Assembly (NCBI GenBank): GCA_027486675.1
Contig: JAIXOQ010000033.1
Coordinates: 1-64,000 of the forward strand
DNA length: 64,000 bases
Direction: 5' to 3'
From: Pseudomonadota bacterium
Lineage (GTDB): Bacteria; Bdellovibrionota; UBA1018; CAIMNF01
Shown: in pieces, positions 29,766 to 39,523 of the stretch
Position numbering within the stretch: position 1 is the first letter of the stretch
Layout of the letters: each line of letters begins with the position of its first letter
The notes under the pieces: model-generated
Told to the model about the DNA's origin: nothing
The model's input: only the letters and a program-made list of their open reading frames with translations
The model's database searches: none
Position numbers and translations under genes: made by a program

Positions 29766-30101
29766 TTGGCCTACCTCGAAATCTTTGAAGAAGCACGTTG
29801 GCAGATGATCAAAGAAAGGGGCTATGGATATCCAAAGACTCAGACCTTAAAGTTAGGCCCCGTCATTTTGGGAATCGACATTCAGTTTAGGAAAGAGATT
29901 TTGCTGCGGCAATCCTGCGTCGTGCTGAGCACTGTACAGGTCTATGAAGGGAAAATCGGAAAACTAGCCCAAGAAATGAAGTCCGAAACAGGGGACCTCA
30001 TGTGCCGCGCTGTCTACACGATTGGGCTTTTCGATATGACGGCCAGGAAGCTTGTAACCCCAAGCCCCGAGTGGCTGCACGCTTGTGGCTTAGAGCCTTA
30101 A
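29766..30101 (+). pseudogene. hotdog-fold (4HBT/YbgC-like) acyl-CoA thioesterase lacking ~20 N-terminal codons
   Basis: ORF starts 7 nt after the right IS IR at YLEIFEEARW...; this aligns to the mid-N-terminal YxxFEEAR region of YbgC-like thioesterases, so the segment with the catalytic Asp is missing. Confidence 0.5.
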
Positions 30102-30119
30102 TTTGCGCTAGAATGGGCT

Positions 30120-30281
30120 ATGAAAAACGAAAACAGCAGCGAAAACCAACCCGACAATAAGGATTCGCTCGGCTTTACCATGGGTAAGAGCCCTTGGTTC
30201 CTCTACGCATTAGCTCAAATTCCAATTTTGATTATCTTGGGTGTTATTGCTTACTTCATCTATCAAAATAGGACAGGGTAA
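30120..30281 (+). CDS. possible small membrane protein (53 aa)
   Basis: Absent from the ORF track; MKNENSSENQPDNKDSLGFTMGKSPWFLYALAQIPILIILGVIAYFIYQNRTG has a single TM helix. Confidence 0.25.
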   Translation: MKNENSSENQPDNKDSLGFTMGKSPWFLYALAQIPILIILGVIAYFIYQNRTG

Positions 30282-30292
30282 ACTGAAGGACC

Positions 30293-30655
30293 ATGTCTCT
30301 TCAAAAGAATGTTTTAGGAACCACTCTTAGGATTTGTTCGCGCTCACCGCTCACGGGCTATTACCGCAATGGTTGCTGTGAAACAGACGGCGAAGACGCT
30401 GGCGAACATACCGCTTGTGTTGAGGTCACGGCTGACTTCTTAGAGTTTTCTAAAAAAAAGGGGAACGATCTTTCCACACCTCACCCCCAGTTTGAGTTTC
30501 CTGGCCTAGTGCCCGGCGACCGATGGTGCGTCTGTGCTGGCCGCTGGGCCGAAGCGCATGCAGCAGGACAGCCTGCAAAGCTAGTTTTAGACGCGTGTCA
30601 TGAAAGCTTATTGGACTATCTCGATTTAGAAGAACTCAAAAAATTCTCCGTTTAA
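30293..30655 (+). CDS. DUF2237 family protein
   Basis: GYYRNGCCETDGEDAGEHTACVEVTADFLEFSKKKGNDLSTP...GDRWCVCAGRW conserved pattern. Confidence 0.7.
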   Translation: MSLQKNVLGTTLRICSRSPLTGYYRNGCCETDGEDAGEHTACVEVTADFLEFSKKKGNDLSTPHPQFEFPGLVPGDRWCVCAGRWAEAHAAGQPAKLVLDACHESLLDYLDLEELKKFSV

Positions 30656-30712
30656 AGACTAATATAGTGCAACCTATCGATCATACACCTTGTGTATAGA
30701 AGGACTAACAGC

Positions 30713-31186
30713 ATGAAGACATTACTCGTATTTGCACTTTCAGTTTTCAGTTCAGCAGCATTCGCAGCCGGAGACGCAGGTTGCGGTCTGGGTTCGATTA
30801 TCATTAAAGACAACACAAAAGTGATGCAGGTTCTTGCTGCAACCACCAACGGAACTTTCGGCAGCCAGACTTTCGGTATCTCAACTGGAACCTCGAACTG
30901 TTCATCAAAAGGTCTAGTCATGAATGAGAAGTCAGCGCAAATGATCGCTGAGAGCAATCTTCCTTCCCTAAAAGTGGAAGGTGCACGTGGAAACGGATCC
31001 ACTCTTTCAGCATTCGGCCTGGCTTTGGGCTGCAAAGAAGAGTCACTCGATCGTTTCGGCGCAACGATGAAAAAGAACTACTCTAACGTTTTTGGCGGCA
31101 ACAAAGATGCTAGCCAAGTAGTCAGTGCTGCTCGCGCTCAAGTTTCAAGTGATTCTGCTCTGAAACAAGCATGTTCCAACGGCTGA
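30713..31186 (+). CDS. DUF3015 family secreted protein
   Basis: AAGGA RBS; signal peptide; GCGLGS...NCSSKGL...LGCKEES DUF3015-like Cys pattern. Confidence 0.65.
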   Translation: MKTLLVFALSVFSSAAFAAGDAGCGLGSIIIKDNTKVMQVLAATTNGTFGSQTFGISTGTSNCSSKGLVMNEKSAQMIAESNLPSLKVEGARGNGSTLSAFGLALGCKEESLDRFGATMKKNYSNVFGGNKDASQVVSAARAQVSSDSALKQACSNG

Positions 31187-33045
31187 TCTCTGATCTTCTA
31201 AAAACTCTAGGGGCCACTCGTAAAGAGTGGCCCCTTTTTTTATTCGCCCTGAGCCCCACCTTAGAACAATGGCAGGAGTGGCGAACACTTCTTCATACTC
31301 GCGCATCCACCTTCACTGAGGAACGCAGTGAGGTAGTCAACGATGAGTTCTTTCTCACCCCTACCGGTCGTAACGACTTCAAAACAGAAGCCCTCGCATT
31401 TGAAGAGGCTGCAGAGCCGAACTCAACTCGCAGATTCATCCTCCAGGGCGAAAAGCTCCATGCGCAATGTGCATTTCCTTTGCGGTTTAAATGGCTTGAA
31501 TCTGTCTCTTCTAGATCCATCCCAGCCGTCCCCTGCCCTTCGCTCAAGAAATGGCTCAACCAACTAGCACCCCAGTCCGTTGTCCTCGTTTTCTCCTCCC
31601 CCTACTTAGGCAGTCCAGCCTCATTATTTGGTCATACTTTCTTTAGAATCGACAAAAAGAAGAACCCTTCCGATCCAGAGCTGATGCTTTCCTATGGAGT
31701 CGGATTTGAGGCCGCGGCCAACGAAAGCGAAGCGCTGATGTACGCAGTCAAAGGACTGCTCGGACTTTACCCCGGACGCTACTCGGTCACCCCTTACTAC
31801 CAAAAGGTCCAAGAATATGGGCACGTTGAAAACCGAGACCTGCACGAATACAAATTGAACCTCACTCCAGTGGAAACGGAACGTTTTGCACTTCATTTGT
31901 GGGAACTTCAATTTGCTGTTGCCCGCTACTTCTTCTTTAATCGCAACTGCTCCTACCACACGCTGGCGCTTCTTGAGATCGCTCGTCCTGGTATAGACCT
32001 GCGATCCAAGTTCGGAGTTATGACCGTTCCTGTGGACACAGTACGGGCTGTACGGGCTTCAGGTCTCATCAAAGAGGAGCCCCACTATCGCCCAAGCCTA
32101 AAAACCCAGATCCAGTCGGGTCTTCAAGCACTTGACCCCAAGGAACAATCTCATTTCTTTTCCTTAAGAAAGGGCGCAACCCTTCAAGGCAACGAATCTG
32201 CAGCACTCCTAGACACACTGCTGGATGATGAACAGTATCGAGCGTTTCGGGGTGGCAAGAGCCCACTCGATGCGTCCCAAACATTGCGTGAAGATTTGCT
32301 CCTTGCCCGATCTAAAGAAGAAGAAAGCACAAGCAAACCAAAAGTGACACTTCCTGCTTCACCAGAGGGCGCTCATGAGAGCACAAGAATTGCGCTTAGC
32401 GCAGGCCGCATTCCTCAAGGAACAGGAACATTCATAGAGTTTCGCCCTGCATTTCACGGACTGCTCGATCCTGAGGCTGGGATGCTTCCTTACTCCCGAC
32501 TGAGCCTGGTTGAAACCAAACTCGGTGTTGCTCGAATTCAAAACAAAACACAGTTTCGACTTCAGGAACTTGAATTTGCTTCAGTCGAACAGTACGCGCC
32601 TTCGACGGCACTCGACTTTCAGCCAGCATGGGTCTTAGGCGGAAAGCTCTTGCGCTTTAATGATCCGGATAATTTTGATCATCTTGGGTTTAGATTCCAA
32701 GCAGGCTATGGAGCAAGTCAAGAGATCAAGGCTGGCGCCGTACGGCTCTTAGGTTATGTGATGGGAAAAGGGGCGATGGACGCTTTCGGATTTGATTATT
32801 TTGCACGCCTGAGACCGTCGACCAGCGCAGGCCTAGTACTGACAGTGGGCTCTTTCCGAATTTGGAATGAAGCGGAAACGAGCATCCGTTTTCCTGGGAA
32901 GGCATCTTGGGTTTTGCAGCTCGAATCGAAGGCATCCTATGCCATCACAAACAACTTCCAACTCAATGCGCACCTTACGGAAGTTCGGGGGGACAACAAC
33001 TTCCGGTCGCGAATCGCGACCGGAGCTATTGCTTATTTTTATTAA
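31171..33045 (+). CDS. DUF4105 (Lnb N-terminal periplasmic domain) protein; start uncertain
   Basis: N-terminal W..LLH....FFL..G...F..EA....C.FP.RF.WL pattern, then FGHTFFRID core. The only in-frame ATG is at 31171, upstream of the terminator hairpin. Confidence 0.6.
   Translation: MFQRLISDLLKTLGATRKEWPLFLFALSPTLEQWQEWRTLLHTRASTFTEERSEVVNDEFFLTPTGRNDFKTEALAFEEAAEPNSTRRFILQGEKLHAQCAFPLRFKWLESVSSRSIPAVPCPSLKKWLNQLAPQSVVLVFSSPYLGSPASLFGHTFFRIDKKKNPSDPELMLSYGVGFEAAANESEALMYAVKGLLGLYPGRYSVTPYYQKVQEYGHVENRDLHEYKLNLTPVETERFALHLWELQFAVARYFFFNRNCSYHTLALLEIARPGIDLRSKFGVMTVPVDTVRAVRASGLIKEEPHYRPSLKTQIQSGLQALDPKEQSHFFSLRKGATLQGNESAALLDTLLDDEQYRAFRGGKSPLDASQTLREDLLLARSKEEESTSKPKVTLPASPEGAHESTRIALSAGRIPQGTGTFIEFRPAFHGLLDPEAGMLPYSRLSLVETKLGVARIQNKTQFRLQELEFASVEQYAPSTALDFQPAWVLGGKLLRFNDPDNFDHLGFRFQAGYGASQEIKAGAVRLLGYVMGKGAMDAFGFDYFARLRPSTSAGLVLTVGSFRIWNEAETSIRFPGKASWVLQLESKASYAITNNFQLNAHLTEVRGDNNFRSRIATGAIAYFY
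31209..31244 (+). terminator. rho-independent terminator-like hairpin (aggggccactc/gagtggcccct + T7)
   Basis: Perfect 11-bp GC-rich stem and T-run 24 nt after the DUF3015 stop, but inside the annotated reading frame of the next gene. Confidence 0.55.
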
Positions 33046-33052
33046 AGAGCCC

Positions 33053-34108
33053 TTAGCGGGACTGAATAGAAGCGATCACTCGGCGGTTTTGAGTGCGACC
33101 ATCCGCTGTTGCATTGTCTGCAATCGGATTCGCCGGACCATAACCTTTAGAGGTGATTCGGGTTGAGTCTGCACCAAGTTGCTTCACCAAATAGTTTGCA
33201 ACTGCAGCCGCACGTGCTTCAGACAGAGTCACGTTCTTTGACGCTACTCCCCTTGAGTCACTGTAGCCTTGAATCTCCATCTTGAGATCACTGTGATCGG
33301 CAAGAAGCTTTGAAATTTTCTCAAGTTCGGAGTGAAACTTCGCATCCACGACTGCTCGTGAAGGTGCGAATTGCACTGCGATGGTCATATCGACTTTTTG
33401 ATCGAGTAAACAACCGAGCGAGTTCACGCTTTGGCCTGAAGGTGTACCTGAACATTGATCGATGCTGTTACGCACGCCATCACTGTCATCATCACCATCT
33501 GCTTTTGCTACTGGCTTCGCAACCGGTGCTACCATAGGTTCCGAATGATCAGATTCACCAAAGTAGAACGTCAGGTTCAACTGAGGAATAATAGTATGTT
33601 CGTTTGGAAAGCCACTTTGATCTGCGATCACTAAATTATAGCGACCACTGACACCGACTAAAAAACAATCGGTCATCGCGTAATCAAGACCGATTTTCCC
33701 GTTCACAAACCAGTTGTCAAAGCTTCCACTTTGATCTCCGTGAATCGTTGCATACCCAGCGCCGAATCCTAAAACCGGCGTCATGCGAGAAGTGGACATA
33801 ACACGGTAGTTTAAGCCCGCTCCGAATAGGTTCCGCTTTGGATTTCCGCCTTCATATTGAAGCCTCGAAAAATTAAGCTCAATACCTAAAGCATTCGTGA
33901 AGTTATAGAGTCCGCGACCATCAAAGGCCCAACCCGTACTGTTCGCGTCCCGAAAGGTCGGCGACTGAAATGGGAGAGCAGCACCTGCTCCAACTCCTAT
34001 TCCATACCTACCTTTCAGCTCTATCGCGTCACTACTCTCAATGGCGAATGCGGGACTTACACTGCTTAAAACAAAGATCGCTGATGCGATCTGATGACTA
34101 AATTTCAT
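33053..34108 (-). CDS. OmpA family outer membrane protein (beta-barrel + TSP3-like Asp-rich repeat + OmpA domain)
   Basis: Signal peptide; DGDDDSDGV; C-terminal OmpA motifs GYSDSRG...NRRV. Confidence 0.8.
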   Translation of the reverse strand: MKFSHQIASAIFVLSSVSPAFAIESSDAIELKGRYGIGVGAGAALPFQSPTFRDANSTGWAFDGRGLYNFTNALGIELNFSRLQYEGGNPKRNLFGAGLNYRVMSTSRMTPVLGFGAGYATIHGDQSGSFDNWFVNGKIGLDYAMTDCFLVGVSGRYNLVIADQSGFPNEHTIIPQLNLTFYFGESDHSEPMVAPVAKPVAKADGDDDSDGVRNSIDQCSGTPSGQSVNSLGCLLDQKVDMTIAVQFAPSRAVVDAKFHSELEKISKLLADHSDLKMEIQGYSDSRGVASKNVTLSEARAAAVANYLVKQLGADSTRITSKGYGPANPIADNATADGRTQNRRVIASIQSR

Positions 34109-34225
34109 AAAACACTCCTTTGTGTCGTTCGATTTGAAACAACGCTGTTCTTATAGTTGGGGATTAGCAAATCATTCCCTTGATAAATTTACTCAAACAA
34201 TGATGAAGGATGATAAAGATGAGAG

Positions 34226-34516
34226 ATGACCAAACACCTCCGAACTCTAGGACTCATCGAAGGAACCTCGGCATTGATGCTCTTTTTTATCGCCATGCCT
34301 CTCAAGTACATGGCAGGGCTTCCTATCTTTGTTCGTGTGATAGGAACAGCACACGGATTTTTATTCATCGCCTATGTGGCTCTTGCCGTTGCTGCTGCGG
34401 GCGAATACCGCTGGTCGATCAAGAAGCTTGGATTAGCGCTCCTTGCGTCGATCCTTCCTTTTGGTCCCTTTCTGTTGGATCGAAAGCTATTTCCGGAATT
34501 GCAGAAGCGGGAGTAA
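34226..34516 (+). CDS. DUF3817 family membrane protein
   Basis: 96 aa, 3 TM helices; RTLGLIEGTSALMLFFIAMPLKYMAG. Confidence 0.6.
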   Translation: MTKHLRTLGLIEGTSALMLFFIAMPLKYMAGLPIFVRVIGTAHGFLFIAYVALAVAAAGEYRWSIKKLGLALLASILPFGPFLLDRKLFPELQKRE

Positions 34517-34549
34517 CCTTTAGACGAACCGTCATAGGAGGCTCATCGC

Positions 34550-35128
34550 ATGTTCTTTGCTCTCATTCTTTCATTCTTTTCAGCGCACGCACTTCACCTT
34601 GAAATTCAAGGGGGCGTAAATCTCGCGGATCCATCTTTAGTCGGTCCCACGACTACAGGTACTGGTACGGGTCTTTTAGGCGGAGTAGGTCTTGGGATTG
34701 ATGTGGCGCCCTTTGTTGATCTTGAACTGGGCCTTCAATATGTGAATCGTGTGGTGGACTTCAATGCAGGCGGCGGCACAACCAATGAACGCTCCACCAA
34801 TCATTTTCTAATCCCAGTGCTCTTTCGTTTCGATGCGCTCCCGATCATTGGCATTGGTGTCGGCGCTTACTATTCGATGGCAACGGGGAGTGTAAAAAAC
34901 ACGATCAACTCTTCAGTCGGTACATCCACTTATGCAGTCTCTGGATTGAAAGAAAACGAGCTGGGCTTCCTAGGAAGCTTAGATGCCATGCTTTCAGTCG
35001 CTCCCGGCGCGAAATTCGGGGTGGACGCTCGTTACCTCCTGGGGCTAACGGATCTAACCGTAAATAGCTCTACTTCCGAAAAATCCCGCGATTTACAGCT
35101 CATGCTTAAGCTTCAGGTCGGCATTTAG
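34550..35128 (+). CDS. outer-membrane beta-barrel protein (OmpW/porin-like family)
   Basis: Signal peptide, alternating beta-strand pattern, C-terminal ...LKLQVGI. Confidence 0.55.
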   Translation: MFFALILSFFSAHALHLEIQGGVNLADPSLVGPTTTGTGTGLLGGVGLGIDVAPFVDLELGLQYVNRVVDFNAGGGTTNERSTNHFLIPVLFRFDALPIIGIGVGAYYSMATGSVKNTINSSVGTSTYAVSGLKENELGFLGSLDAMLSVAPGAKFGVDARYLLGLTDLTVNSSTSEKSRDLQLMLKLQVGI

Positions 35129-35246
35129 CCCAAGCCGTGGAGTTTATTCATTTATTTTAGTTTAATATCGACTCCGGGAAGCGTTTTTTCTTTCTTTTTC
35201 TATTGTGGACCATTATAATCGGACAATTCTTTGAGGAGGTTCTGCA

Positions 35247-36647
35247 ATGGGTCGTAAGGCTATTTTAGCTCTCATGCTCGCTCTGCTAGGAGCATACGCA
35301 TACAGCCTAAAACGCGGCGAATCTGCCGACGCCTCTGCTGATCCAGGACTAGATAGCAATCTGACCGCTTCTACTGATGAACAAGACGAGAACTACGCAG
35401 ACTACCCAGAGGATTCCGAGGAAGCTCAGAGCTCAGACTCTGGGCAAGATGCGAGCGAATCCACCGGCACCACAGCGAGCTCCGCTTCCACATCCCCTTC
35501 ATCTGGTTATGGTGTGCCGTCCCCCACCCTTGCACCTCGTGTTTCGTCCGGCTTCCCCGATGACGACGATGAAGATGACGACGATGCACTCGAAGAAGAG
35601 ATCGCAGCACGCGATGCAGCTGCTGCCCGTGAACGCATCAGAAGCCGTGAAGTACGTGATGACTACTCTGCGAACGCGATGCCTTTCCTTCCCTTAAATC
35701 CACGCTCTAAGCGACTGGCTGAGAACTGGAATTTCCAAGCACCGGGCCTTTCTAAAGAAGAAATCGCGCCGATGCTGGCTCAAAACCAGCCTAAGAATAT
35801 TTCCTATTTTGGCGATAGCGGCATCATGAACATCACCCCCGCTAAGAACGCACAAGGGACTGAACAAACAGATAAAACGCTCAATATCGCAAGCCAAGGT
35901 TTCATCACGAAAACCCAAAACGCCCGAGCAAACACCATCGCAAAAAATGCGGCAAGCGGATCCACTACAAACCCAAGCGCGACTCCTATGCCTGGGACGT
36001 CTGACATCAACGCAAGAACGACAAATACTGCCTCAATCAGCACTCTGATTCGGCTTCCATCGGATGGGTTTGAGATCGCAGAATTTAGACCGGGCTTCCG
36101 CGACGACAGAGAAACTAAGTTGAAACCCGTCGCTGATGATCTTTATGATGCGATTGCAAAACAAGACTACGATTCTAAAAGCTGGTTTAATCCGAAGAAT
36201 CCAGACGAAGTGAAGACCTACCTCACCAAGATTCTGTCACTCGGACATGGCGGAACCTTGGTTCTTAAGGTTAAAAATGACGGATTCATATCTAATGAAC
36301 CCGGGGAAGATTTTGCGCTTCTTGAGAATGCTTTCAAAACCTCAGGCGGAAACATTTATCAGGAGTACGGAAGAGTTGGGGTCTCAGACTCTCTGAATGG
36401 AGACGTCAAATGGTTTCCATGCAATCCCCAAGAAAAAAATGTGACCTGGTGCTTTGGTGCAGTGTCAGGCGACGATCAAGAACGCATTGATCTCTTTGAT
36501 CTATCGGTGATCAAGGTGAAAAGCGCAAAATATATCTGGATTCAAGACGTAGGCACAAATCAAAACCTATCTGATGGTGCAGCCATTCCCACTGAAGGCT
36601 GTGACTTAGACTATGTCCGCTTGGATCACGCATATTCCACGAAGTAA
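35247..36647 (+). CDS. hypothetical secreted protein with acidic S/D/E-rich low-complexity N-terminal half
   Basis: GAGGAGG RBS; signal peptide; DDDDEDDDDALEEE tract. Confidence 0.5.
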   Translation: MGRKAILALMLALLGAYAYSLKRGESADASADPGLDSNLTASTDEQDENYADYPEDSEEAQSSDSGQDASESTGTTASSASTSPSSGYGVPSPTLAPRVSSGFPDDDDEDDDDALEEEIAARDAAAARERIRSREVRDDYSANAMPFLPLNPRSKRLAENWNFQAPGLSKEEIAPMLAQNQPKNISYFGDSGIMNITPAKNAQGTEQTDKTLNIASQGFITKTQNARANTIAKNAASGSTTNPSATPMPGTSDINARTTNTASISTLIRLPSDGFEIAEFRPGFRDDRETKLKPVADDLYDAIAKQDYDSKSWFNPKNPDEVKTYLTKILSLGHGGTLVLKVKNDGFISNEPGEDFALLENAFKTSGGNIYQEYGRVGVSDSLNGDVKWFPCNPQEKNVTWCFGAVSGDDQERIDLFDLSVIKVKSAKYIWIQDVGTNQNLSDGAAIPTEGCDLDYVRLDHAYSTK

Positions 36648-36652
36648 TCCTT

Positions 36653-37639
36653 ATGAAAAAGCCAAACATGAAGTTCTTAGCTCTCCTCCTCCCATTGCTT
36701 TGCTCCACGAGCGCACACGCAAAAGAGGTCCTACACACATTTCTTAGGCCCGTTACGGGATTCATCAATCATGTGGATCCAAGCGAGCTTCGATTTTTTG
36801 ATGAAAGCGGCTTAAGCGATGTGCTCAAAATTCCTAGTCAGCCGGGCGAAACATTTCGAATAACTCAAAGCACGAAGTATACGGTCTTAGACAAAACCAA
36901 AAAAAATTCCGAAGGCAAAGACCAAGATTATTGCGCACTCAAGTCCCAAAGTCCTATGAACATGGGTGCAAACAGCGGGATGATTCTTGCCTATCCCTAC
37001 TTGGTCGGTGTGGACCGGGTCTGCATCATTGATGAATCCAGAAGGCAGATTCGTTTGCTTGCTACACTAACTGCATCACCCAATGACTATTATGTCGCCT
37101 TCGCGGGCTTTGAGGGCGGGCATTACCATTTTTTGATCAATGGGCGTGATATGAGTCAACCTACCGGGTATCTAAAAAAATTCAGCATCAATGTGAAGAC
37201 CGACAGGATCACCAGACCGACCACTCTGCCTCTTTCGATTCCAGGCTACTCGGGGCCCATGATTTATTCTCAAGGTGAAGTCTATATCACTACTTGGATT
37301 GGCATAGTGAAGGGGCCAAACGATGAAGAGCAAGACATGGGGCAAAATATTGTGAAGCTCAACAAAACGATGAGCGCTTTAATTCCCACGCAAATGTGGG
37401 GTTTCAAAGGTCAAAGCCAATTTTTATTATTCAATGAATTAGAGGCATTCTTTTTTAATGGGTTAGACACAAACATCGGGAGCTACTCGGTCACTCGTCT
37501 GACCAATATAAAACCCTTCGGAGAGTTTATTCCGACCTGCACGCCCGTTCAATCTTATGGCGAACGGCAATGGATCAGCTACTGCGCCGAAGGAAAGACC
37601 CTAGAACTCCGCTCAACAGAAGAGCTGATGGTTCGCTAA
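36653..37639 (+). CDS. hypothetical secreted protein
   Basis: Signal peptide MKFLALLLPLLCSTSAHA; no family recognised. Confidence 0.5.
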   Translation: MKKPNMKFLALLLPLLCSTSAHAKEVLHTFLRPVTGFINHVDPSELRFFDESGLSDVLKIPSQPGETFRITQSTKYTVLDKTKKNSEGKDQDYCALKSQSPMNMGANSGMILAYPYLVGVDRVCIIDESRRQIRLLATLTASPNDYYVAFAGFEGGHYHFLINGRDMSQPTGYLKKFSINVKTDRITRPTTLPLSIPGYSGPMIYSQGEVYITTWIGIVKGPNDEEQDMGQNIVKLNKTMSALIPTQMWGFKGQSQFLLFNELEAFFFNGLDTNIGSYSVTRLTNIKPFGEFIPTCTPVQSYGERQWISYCAEGKTLELRSTEELMVR

Positions 37640-38506
37640 CTGAAACGTTAGCGCATCAGTCACCCAAGCCTGAGACCCCTCACGCGCAAGCGCCTGCACA
37701 CTTAAGCCTCTTTCATGCAAGGACTTCACCCACTGCCATGCCCAGATGTAGTGCGCAAACCGTGGCGTGCCGACTGCGTACTGTTCCGTGTCGTAGAGCT
37801 CCCGGTAGTGCCCTCCGGTGAGGGCACGTCTCACCGCGGCATCAATCGAATCGGCATTTTTCATCGCGATCTCAAAAGACGCAGCTGTTTGATAGGTGTA
37901 TTTGGCTGCAGGCTGACCGGGATTTAAAACTTCGGACACTAAGCAGCTGTAACCTTCGTTAAACAGGTGCTCAACTACCGGCAACACTTCCACCATGTGA
38001 TCGTGATCTAAGACATGGGACAACCCGTGTGCACTCCAGACCTCAGGTCGCGATTCGCGTGCGACATGGGTCAATTCATGAGTAACTAAAATATCTTTCG
38101 CATACTGCGAGATGAAGGGCTCATCTAAACCTAAAAAAACCCGGTGCTGCCCATTGTGGAACCTTGCGTATCCATCCATAAGCTCAAAGGCGCCAAAGAG
38201 GACAACCTCCCCGCCTAAGGTTATGCCTGTGACCTCTTGAACCCGCCCGATCTGGTGTCGGACGCCCGCCTCTTCTTGATCCGCTTTGACATCCCTTAAC
38301 GTCTTGGCGCGGTAATCGTCCCATTTGAGTTCTGCTACCTGACTATAGAGAGTGAAGCCTCGGTAGCCTTCAAAATCATACAAGAGAGGGGCGAGTACCT
38401 CTTGGTGTGGACCTATGTATTCCTTCTGAAATTGAGCTTCAGTGGGCGGACTTGTCCAGCGTTCTAAACACGAGCGCAGCGACGGAAGAAGATTGATGAC
38501 CTGCAT
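37613..38506 (-). CDS. DUF2268-like putative Zn-dependent peptidase (HExxH)
   Basis: VTHELTHVARE motif. Confidence 0.5.
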   Translation of the reverse strand: MQVINLLPSLRSCLERWTSPPTEAQFQKEYIGPHQEVLAPLLYDFEGYRGFTLYSQVAELKWDDYRAKTLRDVKADQEEAGVRHQIGRVQEVTGITLGGEVVLFGAFELMDGYARFHNGQHRVFLGLDEPFISQYAKDILVTHELTHVARESRPEVWSAHGLSHVLDHDHMVEVLPVVEHLFNEGYSCLVSEVLNPGQPAAKYTYQTAASFEIAMKNADSIDAAVRRALTGGHYRELYDTEQYAVGTPRFAHYIWAWQWVKSLHERGLSVQALAREGSQAWVTDALTFQLANHQLFC

Positions 38507-38518
38507 TGAAGCTTCAAA

Positions 38519-39523
38519 CTAAAAAGCTTCGTTGAAGGCGACGTCCCCTTCAATCCCAACTTGATACGACGAGACACGTCGTTCAAAGAAATTGGTCACT
38601 TCTTGAACGTCCTGAAGATCAAGGAACGGGAAAGGATTTTTCACGTTATAGACAGGCGCCATGCGCAGAGCCTCAAAACGGCGATCGGCTACAAACTCCA
38701 GGTACTGACGCATATCCCTCACGGAAAGCCCTGACACACCTTGGGCAAGCACATCGTTTGCAAAAGCTGTTTCACATTCGATGGCATCGGCGATCATCTT
38801 CCGGACATCCTCCTCAAGATTTGAATCAAAGATACCTGGCTCCTCCTCGCGAATGATATCAATCAGACGAAAGGCAAAAGCCATATGCATGCTTTCATCC
38901 CGAAAGACCCAGTTGGTCCCCGTAGCTAAACCATGAAGCAGACCGCGAGAACGCAGGTAATAGACGTAAGCAAAAGCTGCGTAGAAGAACATGCCTTCAT
39001 TGCAAGCCGCAAAACAGATCAGGTTCTTTAAGAACCTACGGCGATCGTCGATATTCTTGAGGCGTCCGATGTCGTGCACGGAGTCCATCCACTGAAAAGA
39101 GAACTCCGCTTTGCGACGGATCGAAGGAATGTTGCTGACTGCAGCAAATGCTTCGTTGCGCTCTTTTGGATCGGGAATGTAGCTATCGAGCAGCGTCAGG
39201 TAGAACTGCACGTGGACCGCTTCTTCAAAGAGCTGGCGCGAAAGATACAACCGGCCCTCAGGTGAGTTCACGTGTTGGTAAAAATTCAGCACTAGGTTAT
39301 TTGCAACAATGCTGTCCCCGGTTGCAAAAAAAGCGACCAGACGCTGAATCAAGTGGCGCTCGCCGGGTGACATTTTTTCCCGGAGATCCATGATGTCTGT
39401 GGAAAAATCAACTTCCTCCACAGTCCAAGTGTTTTTAATCGCATCCCGATACATATCGTAGAGATCGGAATACTTCATCGGTCTGAGAGTCAGATTAAAT
39501 CCAGGATCAAGAATCATTGGCAT
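38519..39523 (-). CDS. nrdB: class Ia ribonucleoside-diphosphate reductase beta subunit
   Basis: Di-iron/tyrosyl radical motifs (EEAVHVQFY..., FYAAFAYVYYLRSRG). Confidence 0.9.
   Translation of the reverse strand: MPMILDPGFNLTLRPMKYSDLYDMYRDAIKNTWTVEEVDFSTDIMDLREKMSPGERHLIQRLVAFFATGDSIVANNLVLNFYQHVNSPEGRLYLSRQLFEEAVHVQFYLTLLDSYIPDPKERNEAFAAVSNIPSIRRKAEFSFQWMDSVHDIGRLKNIDDRRRFLKNLICFAACNEGMFFYAAFAYVYYLRSRGLLHGLATGTNWVFRDESMHMAFAFRLIDIIREEEPGIFDSNLEEDVRKMIADAIECETAFANDVLAQGVSGLSVRDMRQYLEFVADRRFEALRMAPVYNVKNPFPFLDLQDVQEVTNFFERRVSSYQVGIEGDVAFNEAF

Noticed and set aside
31343-31567. 74-aa alternative-frame ORF near the DUF4105 gene start
   Set aside because: Considered as a possible true N-terminus of the DUF4105 gene, but its translation is Ser/Arg-rich, lacks a signal peptide and does not join the conserved frame.
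34210-34602. 130-aa ORF overlapping the DUF3817 gene in another frame
   Set aside because: Cys/Arg-rich, non-protein-like translation; the DUF3817 frame (34226-34516) gives a clean 3-TM protein.
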